Source: Emiliania huxleyi CCMP1516 (Eukaryota). Taken from it: 64,000 nucleotides of DNA. Below, piece after piece: positions 34,994 through 44,875 of this stretch (position 1 is the first letter of the stretch; each line of letters starts with the position of its first letter). The stretch lies in the NCBI RefSeq assembly GCF_000372725.1, contig NW_005201851.1, positions 327,730-391,729 of the forward strand, given 5' to 3'. A program made the translations under genes and the position numbers. A model generated the notes under the pieces. The model saw nothing but the letters and a program-made list of their open reading frames with translations. It was not told the DNA's origin and did not search any database.

Positions 34994-35475
34994 CAGTGGG
35001 TTGCGGGCATTAAGAAAACGTCGCATTAAGAAACCCTACCAAGCGATTTCCGCAAAAATCTAAGAAACCACGGGGCGCCGCAGGCGCGGCCCCGAGAAAA
35101 GGCCAGACACGAGTGTGAACGGGTCCGGAGCCCCAGCTGCAGCTCAAAATTTCTCTTCGCCTGGGCCTGCGGCAGCGCACTTGTCACTTTTCACGGTCTG
35201 CGGTGTTCTGAGTGGAGTGGTCAGTGGATGGAGGCGTGTGTGCGTCTTCCCCTCATCCAGAGAGCCGACTCGGCGGCAGACTCTTGGCATCGCCCTCGCG
35301 GACCGAGCTTTAACACTCTTCTTACCTAAAAATCCTTCGGGCCGGCGCTCTGGCTTGATTGAGTGCCCCGCCCGGAGCTAAGAAACCACGGCGTGGGGTG
35401 GATGAGGGCTGTGGAAAGGCTTAGAAACGGCGGCGTGCCGCGGAATCCTGTTTTCTTAATGCCCGCAACCCACTG
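34994..35475. mobile_element. Tc1/mariner-type MITE (482 bp)
   Basis: 26-bp perfect TIR CAGTGGGTTGCGGGCATTAAGAAAAC (34994-35019 / 35450-35475) flanked by TA on both sides; internal TAAGAAACC repeats. Confidence 0.9.
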
Positions 35476-35745
35476 TATGAGGTGGCGTGGGGGTGACGAG
35501 TTCCTTACGGTCCGACGCGCGACGGCTTCGCCGCCGGGCAGAATACAAAATCTTATTTCTGCCAGAAGGTAGAGCGCGCTTTACAAGAATAACACCTGGT
35601 CTTTCCTTCCCAACATTTTGGATTTTTGCGGGGTTCCCTTTGGAAGACGGTACCATACCCCGCAAAAAGTTGGAAGCCAGCAGGAGTGCACGATCGCAAG
35701 ATCGCTCTGTGCGGCATCAGCACGATCGCTAGATCGCTAGGCACC

Positions 35746-36825
35746 ATGGGCGACGAGGCCCACGCCGCAGACGACGAGACTGAGAACACGTTGTACGCCG
35801 TCCTGCTGTGCAACCCTGCGGCCACGCACGAGGAGCTGCGGAGAGCCTACAAGGAGCAGGCGCTGCATTGGCACCCAGACAAGAACGACGACCCCGAGGC
35901 GGAGGAGCGCTTCAAGCTCATCAGCACCGCGTGGAGCATCCTCTCGGACGACGCCAAGCGGGCGGCGTACGATGCGAGCCTCGCAAGAGGCGCCGCCGCA
36001 GAGCAGGACTACTACAATACCGCCTTTGGCGCGGATTGTAGCCGCGCGTTCGACGCGGACGCGGCGCGGGAGGCGTGGCAGGCCTTCGTGCGCGCCGAGG
36101 AGGCGGCGCGGAGGCGGCGGGCGAGGAGGGAGCGCGGCTTGCTGGTTGGCGTGGTGAGCCTTGCGGTCTGGTCGGTGCTCGCCCTGGTCGGTGCGCAACT
36201 CGCGTGCGGCGGCGACGCGCTGCTCTTCCCGCGCGCGCTGCAGGCGTCCAACGGCGACGGCGAGCTGGCGCTCGCCAAACTCTCCCTCGACGTGAGCACA
36301 CTGCGGGCGAGGCTGGTGGCGAGGCACGAGGCGGCGGCGCTGCGCGGGTGGCACCGCTCGCTGCTTGGCTCACGGGCCGGCCTCCTCCTCCGCACGCACA
36401 CGCCGTACCTCCGCATCGCCATCAACGGCAGCGCCGACCTGCGCCGCGCGCCGGACGTCGGCCGGAGAGGCGGTCGCGGCTGGCTGCTCGTCTCGTCGAG
36501 CAGCGGAGAGGACATCTACGGGAGGGAGAGGCGCGTGCGCACAAACACGTTCCTCTACTTCCCAAACGAGGCGCCGCGCCCGTGGCCGCCGCCCGCGGCG
36601 CTCTGCGTGCGGCTCCTCCAGTCGGGCAGCATCCGCGAGCGGGGCTGGTGGGACGACATGTCGAGACAGCTCGGGGGCCGGCTGCGCGGCTTTGGGCTCG
36701 CGGTGGTCCCGGGCTCGGAGTGCGCTCCCGAGTACGGCCTCCTCACCCTCGCGGGCGGCACGGCCTGCGCGCTCGTCGCGGCGCGGCTCACCGCCCGCGC
36801 CGCGACCCGCGGTATGGAGTCTTGA
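35746..36825 (+). CDS. DnaJ (J-domain) membrane protein
   Basis: LYAVL...ELRRAYKEQALHWHPDKN...EERFKLISTAWSILSD; two hydrophobic segments. Confidence 0.9.
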   Translation: MGDEAHAADDETENTLYAVLLCNPAATHEELRRAYKEQALHWHPDKNDDPEAEERFKLISTAWSILSDDAKRAAYDASLARGAAAEQDYYNTAFGADCSRAFDADAAREAWQAFVRAEEAARRRRARRERGLLVGVVSLAVWSVLALVGAQLACGGDALLFPRALQASNGDGELALAKLSLDVSTLRARLVARHEAAALRGWHRSLLGSRAGLLLRTHTPYLRIAINGSADLRRAPDVGRRGGRGWLLVSSSSGEDIYGRERRVRTNTFLYFPNEAPRPWPPPAALCVRLLQSGSIRERGWWDDMSRQLGGRLRGFGLAVVPGSECAPEYGLLTLAGGTACALVAARLTARAATRGMES

Positions 36826-37154
36826 GTCTTGACGTACGAGATACGAGAGCGCGTCGACTCGGCTATGCCTATGGCTTCTCTCGTACTGTTCTGTGGTAGA
36901 AGAGGCCTCCGCTACCCGCGGTACTCGTAGTCCTAGACTCGTAAAGTTTCTTTCACACAACACATGGATTATGGTACAGCCCGAGAGAGGTGCAGGCTGG
37001 GGTGGTGTCTACAGGCAGAGCTGTGAGACTTCCCGGCAGCAGCGCGTCTCTGGAGTCTGAGAGCGAGCGCGCGCTTCCCTGCAGCAGCGTCTCTGAGTCT
37101 GAGAGCGAGCGCGCGCTCTCTGTCTCACAGCCAGGTCACAGCTCTCCGTGGCGG

Positions 37155-37706
37155 TCACAGATACTTTTCCCATGCAGAGGCGACCGCCGAGTGTGGCCGC
37201 AGCCTGTACGCAGACAGCTTTTGCCGCATCATGTCCGCTGGCCGCGGCTCGAGAGGCTCTCGCAACAGGCGCATACCAGACTGCTTGAGCGACAGTGCAC
37301 CCTTCCTAGCGTTGCACTTGGCGCAGCAGGCAACCATGTTGGTCCACGTGTCCCTCCCGCCGTCGCTCTTCGGAACCACGTGATCAACCGTTCTGGCAAC
37401 GCCGCCACAGTACTGGCAGACGTACGCGTCGCGCTGTAGGATACGTGGGCGGGTCGAGTTGCCGGTTCGGCGCGGCTTCCCGATGGACTGGTATTGCGTG
37501 AGCACTATCACGGCGGGCGCGCGGAGGGAGAGCTTCTCCGAGAAAAGCAGGATGTCGGTGCTCTCCACCTCGTGCGCCTTGTTCTCTCGGAGGAGCAGAG
37601 CGCCGCGCACCGGGTGGCAGGCGGAGAGTGGAGAGTAATCTGCGTTGAGGACGAGCGTGCGCAGCCGCTTCGAGGCCAGCGCGGCGGCGGCCTTGGCGGG
37701 ATGCAT
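37155..37706 (-). CDS. HNH endonuclease (McrA-like, bacterial-type family)
   Basis: TLVLNADYSPL...ILQRDAYVCQYCG...TVDHVVPKSDGGRDTWTNMVACCAKCNARKG. Confidence 0.92.
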   Translation of the reverse strand: MHPAKAAAALASKRLRTLVLNADYSPLSACHPVRGALLLRENKAHEVESTDILLFSEKLSLRAPAVIVLTQYQSIGKPRRTGNSTRPRILQRDAYVCQYCGGVARTVDHVVPKSDGGRDTWTNMVACCAKCNARKGALSLKQSGMRLLREPLEPRPADMMRQKLSAYRLRPHSAVASAWEKYL

Positions 37707-37969
37707 CGCAGCTTGCTCGGGTCAATCACCGGCCGCGAAACAACGCGACAAATAAAAAACTTTGCGTAGAATTGCTTCGCCGGTGTGTGGTGGCGGCGTG
37801 CCGTCCTCCCATCCCTCCCTTGGCGTGTTTCTTTCTTTCTTTCTTTGCTCTCGCCCGTGCTTTGATAAGAAACAAAGAAAGTTCAGACCAGGCGCGCGCA
37901 AAGTACTTACTGCATACTGGAAGAACCTCCCACCATCCCTCCCTTGGGTTGTCCGTTTTCTTTCTTTAC

Positions 37970-38926
37970 TTACTGGAAGAACCCGACCGCCACGCGACGC
38001 GTCACTTTCGCACTGCCGGCCTTCACCTCTTGCATGCCGTGCTTCCACTCGACCGCGCCGTGGCCCTGGCGGCCGCGAAAGAGGAGCAGCTCGCCCGCGG
38101 CGGCAAAGGGGAAGGGCTGCGTTTCAAACGGTGGGTTGGCGTCGGCCAGGTAGAATTCGCCACCCGTATAGTCGACGCCCGGCTGCGAGAGGAGGAGCAG
38201 GGCCTGGAAGTCGCCACACGAGTCGCGGTGCGCGAAGTTGATGCCGCCCAACCCGTACCGCAGCAGCAGGGCCTTGGACTTGTCCAGCGCGTCCTCGCCA
38301 GACATGGTCACAGTGACGTCCGTCCCGCCCCTCTTTTCCTTCCTCTTCACCTCGCAAAGCGGGCCTGCATGGTCGATGAGCCATTCCCGCGCCGCGTCCT
38401 GGCAGCGCTGCAGGAGGTCTGGCAGCGGCTTCGTCAGATCCGCGTACTCTCCGGCGTACCCGTTCCCTTGTGAGTGATCCAGCCTGCGCGGCGCCTTCTT
38501 GTCCGTCTTCTGTGTGGACAGTTGGTGAAGGACGGTGCTCACCTCCGCCGGACTGAGCAGCTGGACCAGCAGCGCGCCATCTCGCAGCAGGTCGGCCGCG
38601 TTATCCGGGAAGCGCATGTACAGTGCTTCAAGCGAGGGCGGCGCCGCCACCACATCGGGCGCCGCATCAGACGGAAGCTCCGGCACGATGAAGTCGCCCT
38701 TTTTCGGCGGTAAGCAGAGCTTGTCGTACGGAGCTTTGCCGAGTGCCTCTCTTAGCGCACCGCAGACGGTTGGCCGTGTTCCATCGTTCATAGCCACCGG
38801 ATAGCGTCCGCCGTGCTGCCGCGTGAGGATCTCGACGACGTGCTCGCCCTTCATCTTTTTCTCGCCGCTCCGCCGCAGGTCGCTGGCGTACTCGCGAGTG
38901 ACGTCCTTGAGGTCGCGCTTCATCAT
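37970..38926 (-). CDS. 2OG-Fe(II) oxygenase (DUF2086-like C-terminal domain)
   Basis: LLLRYGLGGINFAHRD (HxD)...LLLSQPGVDYTGGEF...KHGMQEV (distal H)...RRVAVGFF (2OG-binding R). Confidence 0.8.
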   Translation of the reverse strand: MMKRDLKDVTREYASDLRRSGEKKMKGEHVVEILTRQHGGRYPVAMNDGTRPTVCGALREALGKAPYDKLCLPPKKGDFIVPELPSDAAPDVVAAPPSLEALYMRFPDNAADLLRDGALLVQLLSPAEVSTVLHQLSTQKTDKKAPRRLDHSQGNGYAGEYADLTKPLPDLLQRCQDAAREWLIDHAGPLCEVKRKEKRGGTDVTVTMSGEDALDKSKALLLRYGLGGINFAHRDSCGDFQALLLLSQPGVDYTGGEFYLADANPPFETQPFPFAAAGELLLFRGRQGHGAVEWKHGMQEVKAGSAKVTRRVAVGFFQ

Positions 38927-38991
38927 GGGGAGGGGCGCGGATGCCAATATTTCTTTTCTTGAAGGTCGCCGATAGAAGAAAACGCAGGGTG

Positions 38992-39022
38992 AACCCTAAT
39001 CCTAACTCTAATCCTAACCTAA
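38992..39022. repeat. Degenerate interstitial telomere-like (CCCTAA)n tract
   Basis: AACCCTAATCCTAACTCTAATCCTAACCTAA. Confidence 0.6.
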
Positions 39023-39114
39023 AAAGGTGGGGTGCTAGTCTGGGACCCATACGTGGCAGTTCCCTTGCTCCAAGCGCTTGCGCTTCGGCGGTAGTGATCT
39101 AGTCACCCGAATAC

Positions 39115-40374
39115 AAAACAAACGCGAGAAGCGCGCCGCCCGCGACAAAACCAAGTACCACACCGTCCGCGGCGGCTACCTGACTGAGTTCTACCCCAAG
39201 AGCGTCCCGCTCCCCGAGCCCGAGTCCCTTCCAGCTACCGACGCGATTCTCAATGGCACTTGCAAATCCACGTACCCGCGGCCGCGGGCGCTCGCTGCCA
39301 TCAAGAATCACAAGGACTGGTTCGCGCACCAGGAGCTCGTCAAGGCGCGGGATGTGCACGTCAAGAACAACCCGTCCCTCGGAGACAGCGCCGTCAACAA
39401 CCGCGAAGCCGCGCGCTTCGTCTCTGCCTCAACGCCTTTCGCCGGCAAGGCCTTCGATGTCCGTGTCGACGGTACGTACGCCACCGCCCTCTCCTCCGAC
39501 ACCCTCCAGGACGAGCTCCAGCGGAAGCTCGGCCTTTGGCTCTCCGTGGCGCTTCCCACCCTTCGGGTCGCGCTCGAGCGGGGCATGTCAGTCGATTTCT
39601 TCGGCGACTACCTTTACAACAAGGCCCACCACCGGCGGCCCCACGACGGCGTCCTCGCCGCCTGGGCGGACGCGATGCGCGCCCCGGCCAACGCACCGGT
39701 CGTGCACGGCGACAAGGAGAAACCAGAGCTCACCCGGCAGTACAACGAGGGGTACAAGGTCGACCTCGCGGAACCCCACGCTGGCCCGGGAGGATGCGAT
39801 GAGGTGAATGAAGTCAAGCTCTGGACGCCCCTCCTCAAGACCTCCTCGGCGGGCGTTGGCAACGCCTCGAGCGGCGGCACGCCCGCCTCCGTTGGCCACT
39901 CCTACGCCTTCGGCAACACCGAAGAGAAGGCCCGCCGCCTAAACATGGGCTGCAAGGCGCGCGGGCAACCCGGCCAACCCTTCGACCACAAGAACGGCCA
40001 CGGCTACGTCAAGGCGCATCGCGGTTTCTACCACGACGCGATCTTTGTCAAGCGCAACAACTTCAACCTGCTGCTCCACGAGACGTTCGGCGGCGGCTTC
40101 TCGCCCACCGCCGTTCTCAAGCTGCGCCGCCTCGCGCGCAAAGTCGCGCGCGGCAGCGTCGACCGCACGGCCTACTCGCCCAAGTACTCGCTCTCTTTTA
40201 TGTCCCACCATGCAGAGCGCATCTCTCTCTCTGTTGTGCGAGGCGTGAACCGCGCCATTCGCTCTCACCTGGCAACCCTGTCTGCACGTCTCGCGCGCGC
40301 GTGAACAGGGCTCCAGGCCCCAAATGACGTGTGAGTGTTAGAGTTGTTTGGTATTGCTAAAAATCTCTCTCTCT
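39115..40374 (+). mobile_element. 5'-truncated CRE-like non-LTR retrotransposon encoding the C-terminal restriction-like endonuclease region
   Basis: TSD CCCGAATAC (39106-39114 / 40375-40383); tail AAAAA(TC)n. The ORF ending at 40304 has ARFVSAS..AG, D.FGD..H.R.HD.V, VD...EVK, ETFGG.SP.A and ISLSVVRG motifs typical of RLE elements. Confidence 0.8.
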
Positions 40375-40561
40375 CCCGAATACCACGTTCGGATCGCTCC
40401 TCATCGCAAACCCTGTCAGCAGTTCACCTACGGGTATGTTCGTAAAATACCTACAGAGCCTACATACAATAGGTAGGTAGGTAGAAAGGTGAAGAACAGC
40501 CAGGCTCGGACTGGACACCAACGCGGTATGGGTGGACGCTAGACAGATGATGACGACACGC

Positions 40562-40785
40562 ACGAGCGACACACAGACACAAACAAGCTCACAAGACACA
40601 CAGCCAGCGGGCTGCCACACACCCTGAGTCGGCTTACACATAACTCAAGGCCATATCCTCCCTGTCGCCCCCCCCAGCACTCCACGGTGCCAAGAGAAAC
40701 AAACAAGGGCACAACGACACAACAGACGACAGGAAGTGACATGCGAGGCTAGAGCAGGCTTGCTCTACCTCCAGCAATCTCTCCG
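40562..40785. repeat. Dispersed repeat; inverted copy at about 4082-4250
   Basis: ACGAGCGACACACAGACACAAACA...GCTGCCACACACCCTGAGT...TAACTCAAGGCCA..TCCTCCCTGTCGCCCCCCC is the reverse complement of 4135-4250. Confidence 0.9.
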
Positions 40786-41116
40786 GCCGGCGAGGCACGG
40801 ACGAGACCGTGTGTGGGGTCTAAGTGAGGTGTCTATGGACGCTCTCCTCACGGGCTAGCTGCCTGCGGCTAGCCCTATCTCGCACTCACGGGCAGTGACA
40901 ATTCAATGGGTGAGTGTTACAATGAGAGGGGGAATGAGAAAACGAGGCCGGAGGTGCCGTCGCGCGCCAAAGCGCTTGGGTGTGCCTTTATCGATCAACA
41001 CTTTCGATAGACCGAAAGTAAGATCGTTCGGTGCAGAAACGCCGGCCATGCCCATGTAACGCACTTGTGCTCGATTTTTTGGTTTAGAAGTGTCTCCAAG
41101 TCTTCTGGACCCATCG

Positions 41117-41791
41117 ATGGCCGTCGCCTCGACGCCGCTCGTCGCGGCACCATCGTGCCCGGCCTGGGCGAAGCGTCGTCGCGGGTTCCCGCCGCAGTTC
41201 GACGGCAAGCCGTGCGAGCCTGCCGAGGAGGAGGACATGTGGCTGTGCAGAGCCGACGGCCGCGCGCGCAGCACCGCCGACCTGAAGCGCCTGGCGACCG
41301 CCGCTCGGGTGCGAGCGAAACGAGCAGGAGATGCAGCCGCCGCGAACACGCGCGATCGGCAGGCGCGCGACCAGCGCCGCCGGCAGCGTGAGCAGCACGA
41401 CCGGCGCGCAGCGCCGGCGGTCGCCAAGACCGTGCGCCCACAACGCGGCCAGTGCGGCTGCCCGGCGCACGCGGTGTGCGGCATGTGCGTCGACCAGGGC
41501 AAGCTCGCCGCGGCCGAGCAGGCGGCCATCGACCTGGAGACGCGCTTCCACGCCTCGACGAACGTCGTCATGGACCTGGAGCGGCCCGAGGACGAGACGG
41601 CGGCGCTGCTGCAGCGCTGCGTGCACGTCTCCGACGAGACGAAGCGGCGGCTGCTGGGCGAGTGGAGCGACGAGCGCATGGCGCACGCGCTGCCGCTGCA
41701 CGCATGCGCCTCGTGCGGCGTGCGCGACCCGTCGCTGACGTACACGCGGGTTGACGTGTCAGCGCTGCCGCGCATGTCCGAGGGTGAGTAG
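41117..41791 (+). CDS. Hypothetical Cys-containing ORF, possibly a transposon (Helitron-like) fragment
   Basis: Open frame with CxCxxHxxCxxC and ACASCGVRD motifs; ends abruptly. Confidence 0.35.
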   Translation: MAVASTPLVAAPSCPAWAKRRRGFPPQFDGKPCEPAEEEDMWLCRADGRARSTADLKRLATAARVRAKRAGDAAAANTRDRQARDQRRRQREQHDRRAAPAVAKTVRPQRGQCGCPAHAVCGMCVDQGKLAAAEQAAIDLETRFHASTNVVMDLERPEDETAALLQRCVHVSDETKRRLLGEWSDERMAHALPLHACASCGVRDPSLTYTRVDVSALPRMSEGE

Positions 41792-41894
41792 AAGTGTGTG
41801 GAGGTTTGGTAGGCTGTAGCGTCGTCGCGCGTAAGAAGAGTGGTGAAATTTAGAAAAGGAGTTGCGGTGTTGATCGCCGCGGGAGCCCTCTTAT

Positions 41895-43121
41895 ATGCTG
41901 TCGGCAGAGCATCTCGAGTGCCCCGTGTGTCTCGAAGTCCGCGACGGGCACATCCACCAGTGCCAAGCAGACCACCTCGTCTGCGCTGAATGCGACCGCG
42001 GCCTGACCACGCGGCTGTGCCCGACGTGCCGCGAGCCCCTCCACTCCCTTGCGCAGCCAAACCGCAACCGCTTCGCTGAGCGAATGATCGCGCGGCTTCC
42101 GGCGGCATGCGACCACTGCGGCGCGGCGACAACGCGCGGCGACAAGGCCGGCCACGAGCTGGACTGTCCACAGCGGCCGAGGGCGTGTGCTGCCGCCGGC
42201 GCCGGGTGCGCCTGGTCGGGGCTGGTGGGAGCGAAGGCGGCGCACGAGGCGCAGTGCGTGTTTGTGATCCACGTGGCGCCGCTGCGAGTCCGTGTCGCCG
42301 AGCTCGAGCCGCAGAACCAGCGGCTGCAGGCGCGGGTCGCGGCACTCGAGCCGCAGGTGCGTACGCTGCGCGATGAGAACGAGCGGCTGAGGCGCGCCGC
42401 GGAGGGCGGTGGCTTTCGGAGGGTGCGGCAGTGTGTCGACGTGGAAGAGTGCCACCGTCGGGTAGGACAGGTCGGCCCGGAGCAGCGGAGTAGCCGTCGT
42501 GGTCGCGGCGAGCAGCGCCGGCCACTCCGGCGCCGCGTCGGCAACATGGGAGCATGTCCACCGCCACTTCGCGGTCGCAGCGCTGTTGTCGCCCGAAACG
42601 CCGCATATCCCTCTGGCGGGCCAAAGATCGACTCGCATGTCGATTTTGACTCGACGGCGGCATGGAGGCATCACGTCTCCATGCCGCCGTCAAGTCGGAG
42701 CCAGTCTACAGCGACCACAGCGCTCACCGCAGGGATAAGCGAGCTTTTCAGAGTGACACTGGTGGATTTTGCGCGAAATCCCACCCGGTGGATTTGGGCG
42801 CTGTGGGCCCCCTACGCCCTACCGAGGGTGTGGGGGGGGCGCACTCTTCGTACTTCGACTTGGGCTATTATCTGCCACACCGGGAGGGCGGCCGCGGCGG
42901 TCGGTGGCAGGCGTGGCACAGGCGACAAGTCTTCAAGGGACAAGGCACACAAGGGGTCAAGGGCACGACCGATATTTTTGCTTGCAAAAACGCAACATTT
43001 TCTTCGCGGGCGGGGCTCCGCCCCGCACCCCGCCGGGGCTCCGCCCCCCCGGACCCTAGCTGACCGAGGGGAGGGGTCAGGTCCGCAAGCTGGCGAGGGG
43101 GCGGGACCGAGGGGGGGGTAA
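41895..43121 (+). CDS. SINA/TRAF-like RING zinc-finger protein with coiled coil; 3' part after about 42430 is doubtful
   Basis: LECPVCLE...QCQADHLVCAEC...CPTCREPL; CDHC...HELDCPQRPRAC...GCAW...HEAQC. Confidence 0.8.
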   Translation: MLSAEHLECPVCLEVRDGHIHQCQADHLVCAECDRGLTTRLCPTCREPLHSLAQPNRNRFAERMIARLPAACDHCGAATTRGDKAGHELDCPQRPRACAAAGAGCAWSGLVGAKAAHEAQCVFVIHVAPLRVRVAELEPQNQRLQARVAALEPQVRTLRDENERLRRAAEGGGFRRVRQCVDVEECHRRVGQVGPEQRSSRRGRGEQRRPLRRRVGNMGACPPPLRGRSAVVARNAAYPSGGPKIDSHVDFDSTAAWRHHVSMPPSSRSQSTATTALTAGISELFRVTLVDFARNPTRWIWALWAPYALPRVWGGRTLRTSTWAIICHTGRAAAAVGGRRGTGDKSSRDKAHKGSRARPIFLLAKTQHFLRGRGSAPHPAGAPPPRTLADRGEGSGPQAGEGAGPRGG

Positions 43122-43235
43122 GCTACCGGAGGGGGGGTCAGCTGCCGCTGGCTCGGGACCGCTGAGCGACAGGGGAGTGAGGTACCCCCCCCCACCTCCA
43201 CCTGGTCAGACCGTCGACCAAGAGGGGGGTCAACG

Positions 43236-44639
43236 TCATGACTCACCACGACCCGACGAGCCGCCGTCGCTCCCCGCCCGCCCACGGGCGAGTGTATCCG
43301 CCACGGCGACCACGTGCGGCCATCCGCGCAGCATCACGGGGCGGCAGTCGATCATGGGCGAGGTCGCCTTTGGCACAGCGTTCTCGAAGGCGCGACGCTC
43401 GTCCGCCGCCACCGCGACGTCGTCGCGCGTCAGCTTGCGCAGCACGTCGAGCAGCAGGTCCGGAGGCAGGAGGGCGAGGCCGCCCGCGCCCGTGCCGCGC
43501 CGCGCGTGCAGCAGCAGCAGCCACACCACCTCGCGGAAGGCCCGTGGGAAGAAGCCGTGCACGCTCGGGCTCCAGCGCCGCCACTCGTACAGCCGGCGCG
43601 GGAAGGAGGGGTCGCGCCCAATCTCGAGCGGCGACGCTTGGAGCGCGCCGGTGGCGTAACGGGCGAGGCGCACCGCCATCGCCTCGCGAGCGCTCGCTAG
43701 CGCCACCTCGATGTCCAAGCCGCCACGCGATGGCCTGGGCCGCTTGGCCCATGGCGCGTCGCTGCCAGTAGGCGCGCCGCCCAGCAGATCGACGGGCAGC
43801 GCCGCATACGCCGACGTGCTGAGCAGCTGGAGCGGTGTGTTGCCGCTCGCGGAGCGCGCGCTCAGGCTCGCGCCCGCGTCGACCAGCGCGAGGGCGGTCT
43901 CCTCGAACGAGGCGGCGCACGCGGCGTGCAGCGCCGTCCGGCCGTCGGGCGTGCTCGCATGTGGGTCGGCGTGCGCGCCGAGCAGCGCGCCGACGCACGC
44001 GACGTGGCCATTCTTGGCGGCAAGCGCCAGCGCGGTCTCGCCCGTACGCCGGCGCGCGTCGGGACGCGCGCCGGCCGCGAGCAACGCGCGGCATTGGCGC
44101 TCGTCGCCCGCCTCGGCCACGTCCGGCAGCAGCGCCGTCTTCAGATCGCCTTCTCGCGTGGGCAGGAGCGTGTCGGGCTCGCCGCTCACGAATTGAAGCA
44201 CGACGTTCTCGACCTGCGCACGCGTCATCGACGCCACCTGCTCACGGCTGCTGAAGCCCTGGCGCTCGAACTCGGCCACCAGCGCCGAAATCAGCATGTC
44301 GGCGACCGAACCGCCCGCTGCTGGCGCCGCCGGCGCGGCTGTGGGTTGGGCAGAGGGCCCGGCGGGTGCGGTGGGTGTGGCTGCTGCGGGCGCGTCAAGT
44401 GTGGTTGTGGCGGCGGGCGCGGCTCCAGGAACGGAGGCAACTGCGTCCAATCCGTGAGTGGAAGCAGCTGATGCGCCCGCCGACGGCACCACCGAGGTCG
44501 GCGCAGCAACGGGCGCAGCAGAATGCGATGCGGCTGAGAGCGTGTCGGTGGAGGCCTCTGGCGCTCCAGATGGTGCAACATCCTTGGCTGGCGGGACGCG
44601 GAAGAGATTGGTGAACGCGGCGCCGAGGCGCTTCAGCAT
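43236..44639 (-). CDS. Ankyrin-repeat protein
   Basis: GETALALAAKNGHVACVGALL, GRTALHAAC and GNTPLQL; ATG at 44639. Confidence 0.88.
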   Translation of the reverse strand: MLKRLGAAFTNLFRVPPAKDVAPSGAPEASTDTLSAASHSAAPVAAPTSVVPSAGASAASTHGLDAVASVPGAAPAATTTLDAPAAATPTAPAGPSAQPTAAPAAPAAGGSVADMLISALVAEFERQGFSSREQVASMTRAQVENVVLQFVSGEPDTLLPTREGDLKTALLPDVAEAGDERQCRALLAAGARPDARRRTGETALALAAKNGHVACVGALLGAHADPHASTPDGRTALHAACAASFEETALALVDAGASLSARSASGNTPLQLLSTSAYAALPVDLLGGAPTGSDAPWAKRPRPSRGGLDIEVALASAREAMAVRLARYATGALQASPLEIGRDPSFPRRLYEWRRWSPSVHGFFPRAFREVVWLLLLHARRGTGAGGLALLPPDLLLDVLRKLTRDDVAVAADERRAFENAVPKATSPMIDCRPVMLRGWPHVVAVADTLARGRAGSDGGSSGRGES

Positions 44640-44875
44640 CTGCTCGTGGCGTGACTGCCTCGTCCGCCACGCCCTGCTTCTGCGCGACACCGTCGGGTTT
44701 TGCAGCAACCCTCCAGGAGAATGGCGATGAGATGAACCGCCAAGACCACGAGAATCGCCGGACCAGGTCCGATGGACACAGGCCGCTGGACGCAGCACCC
44801 CAAATCGGCTTTTTTAAGCGGGCCGAAAATTCTTTTGCCGGCTCGACCCGCTGCCGGGGTAGTGCCGGCCACACC

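Noticed and set aside
39078..39114. N-terminus of the 408-aa ORF
   Set aside because: The TTG start lies outside the TSD-defined element, so this is chance read-in from flanking DNA.
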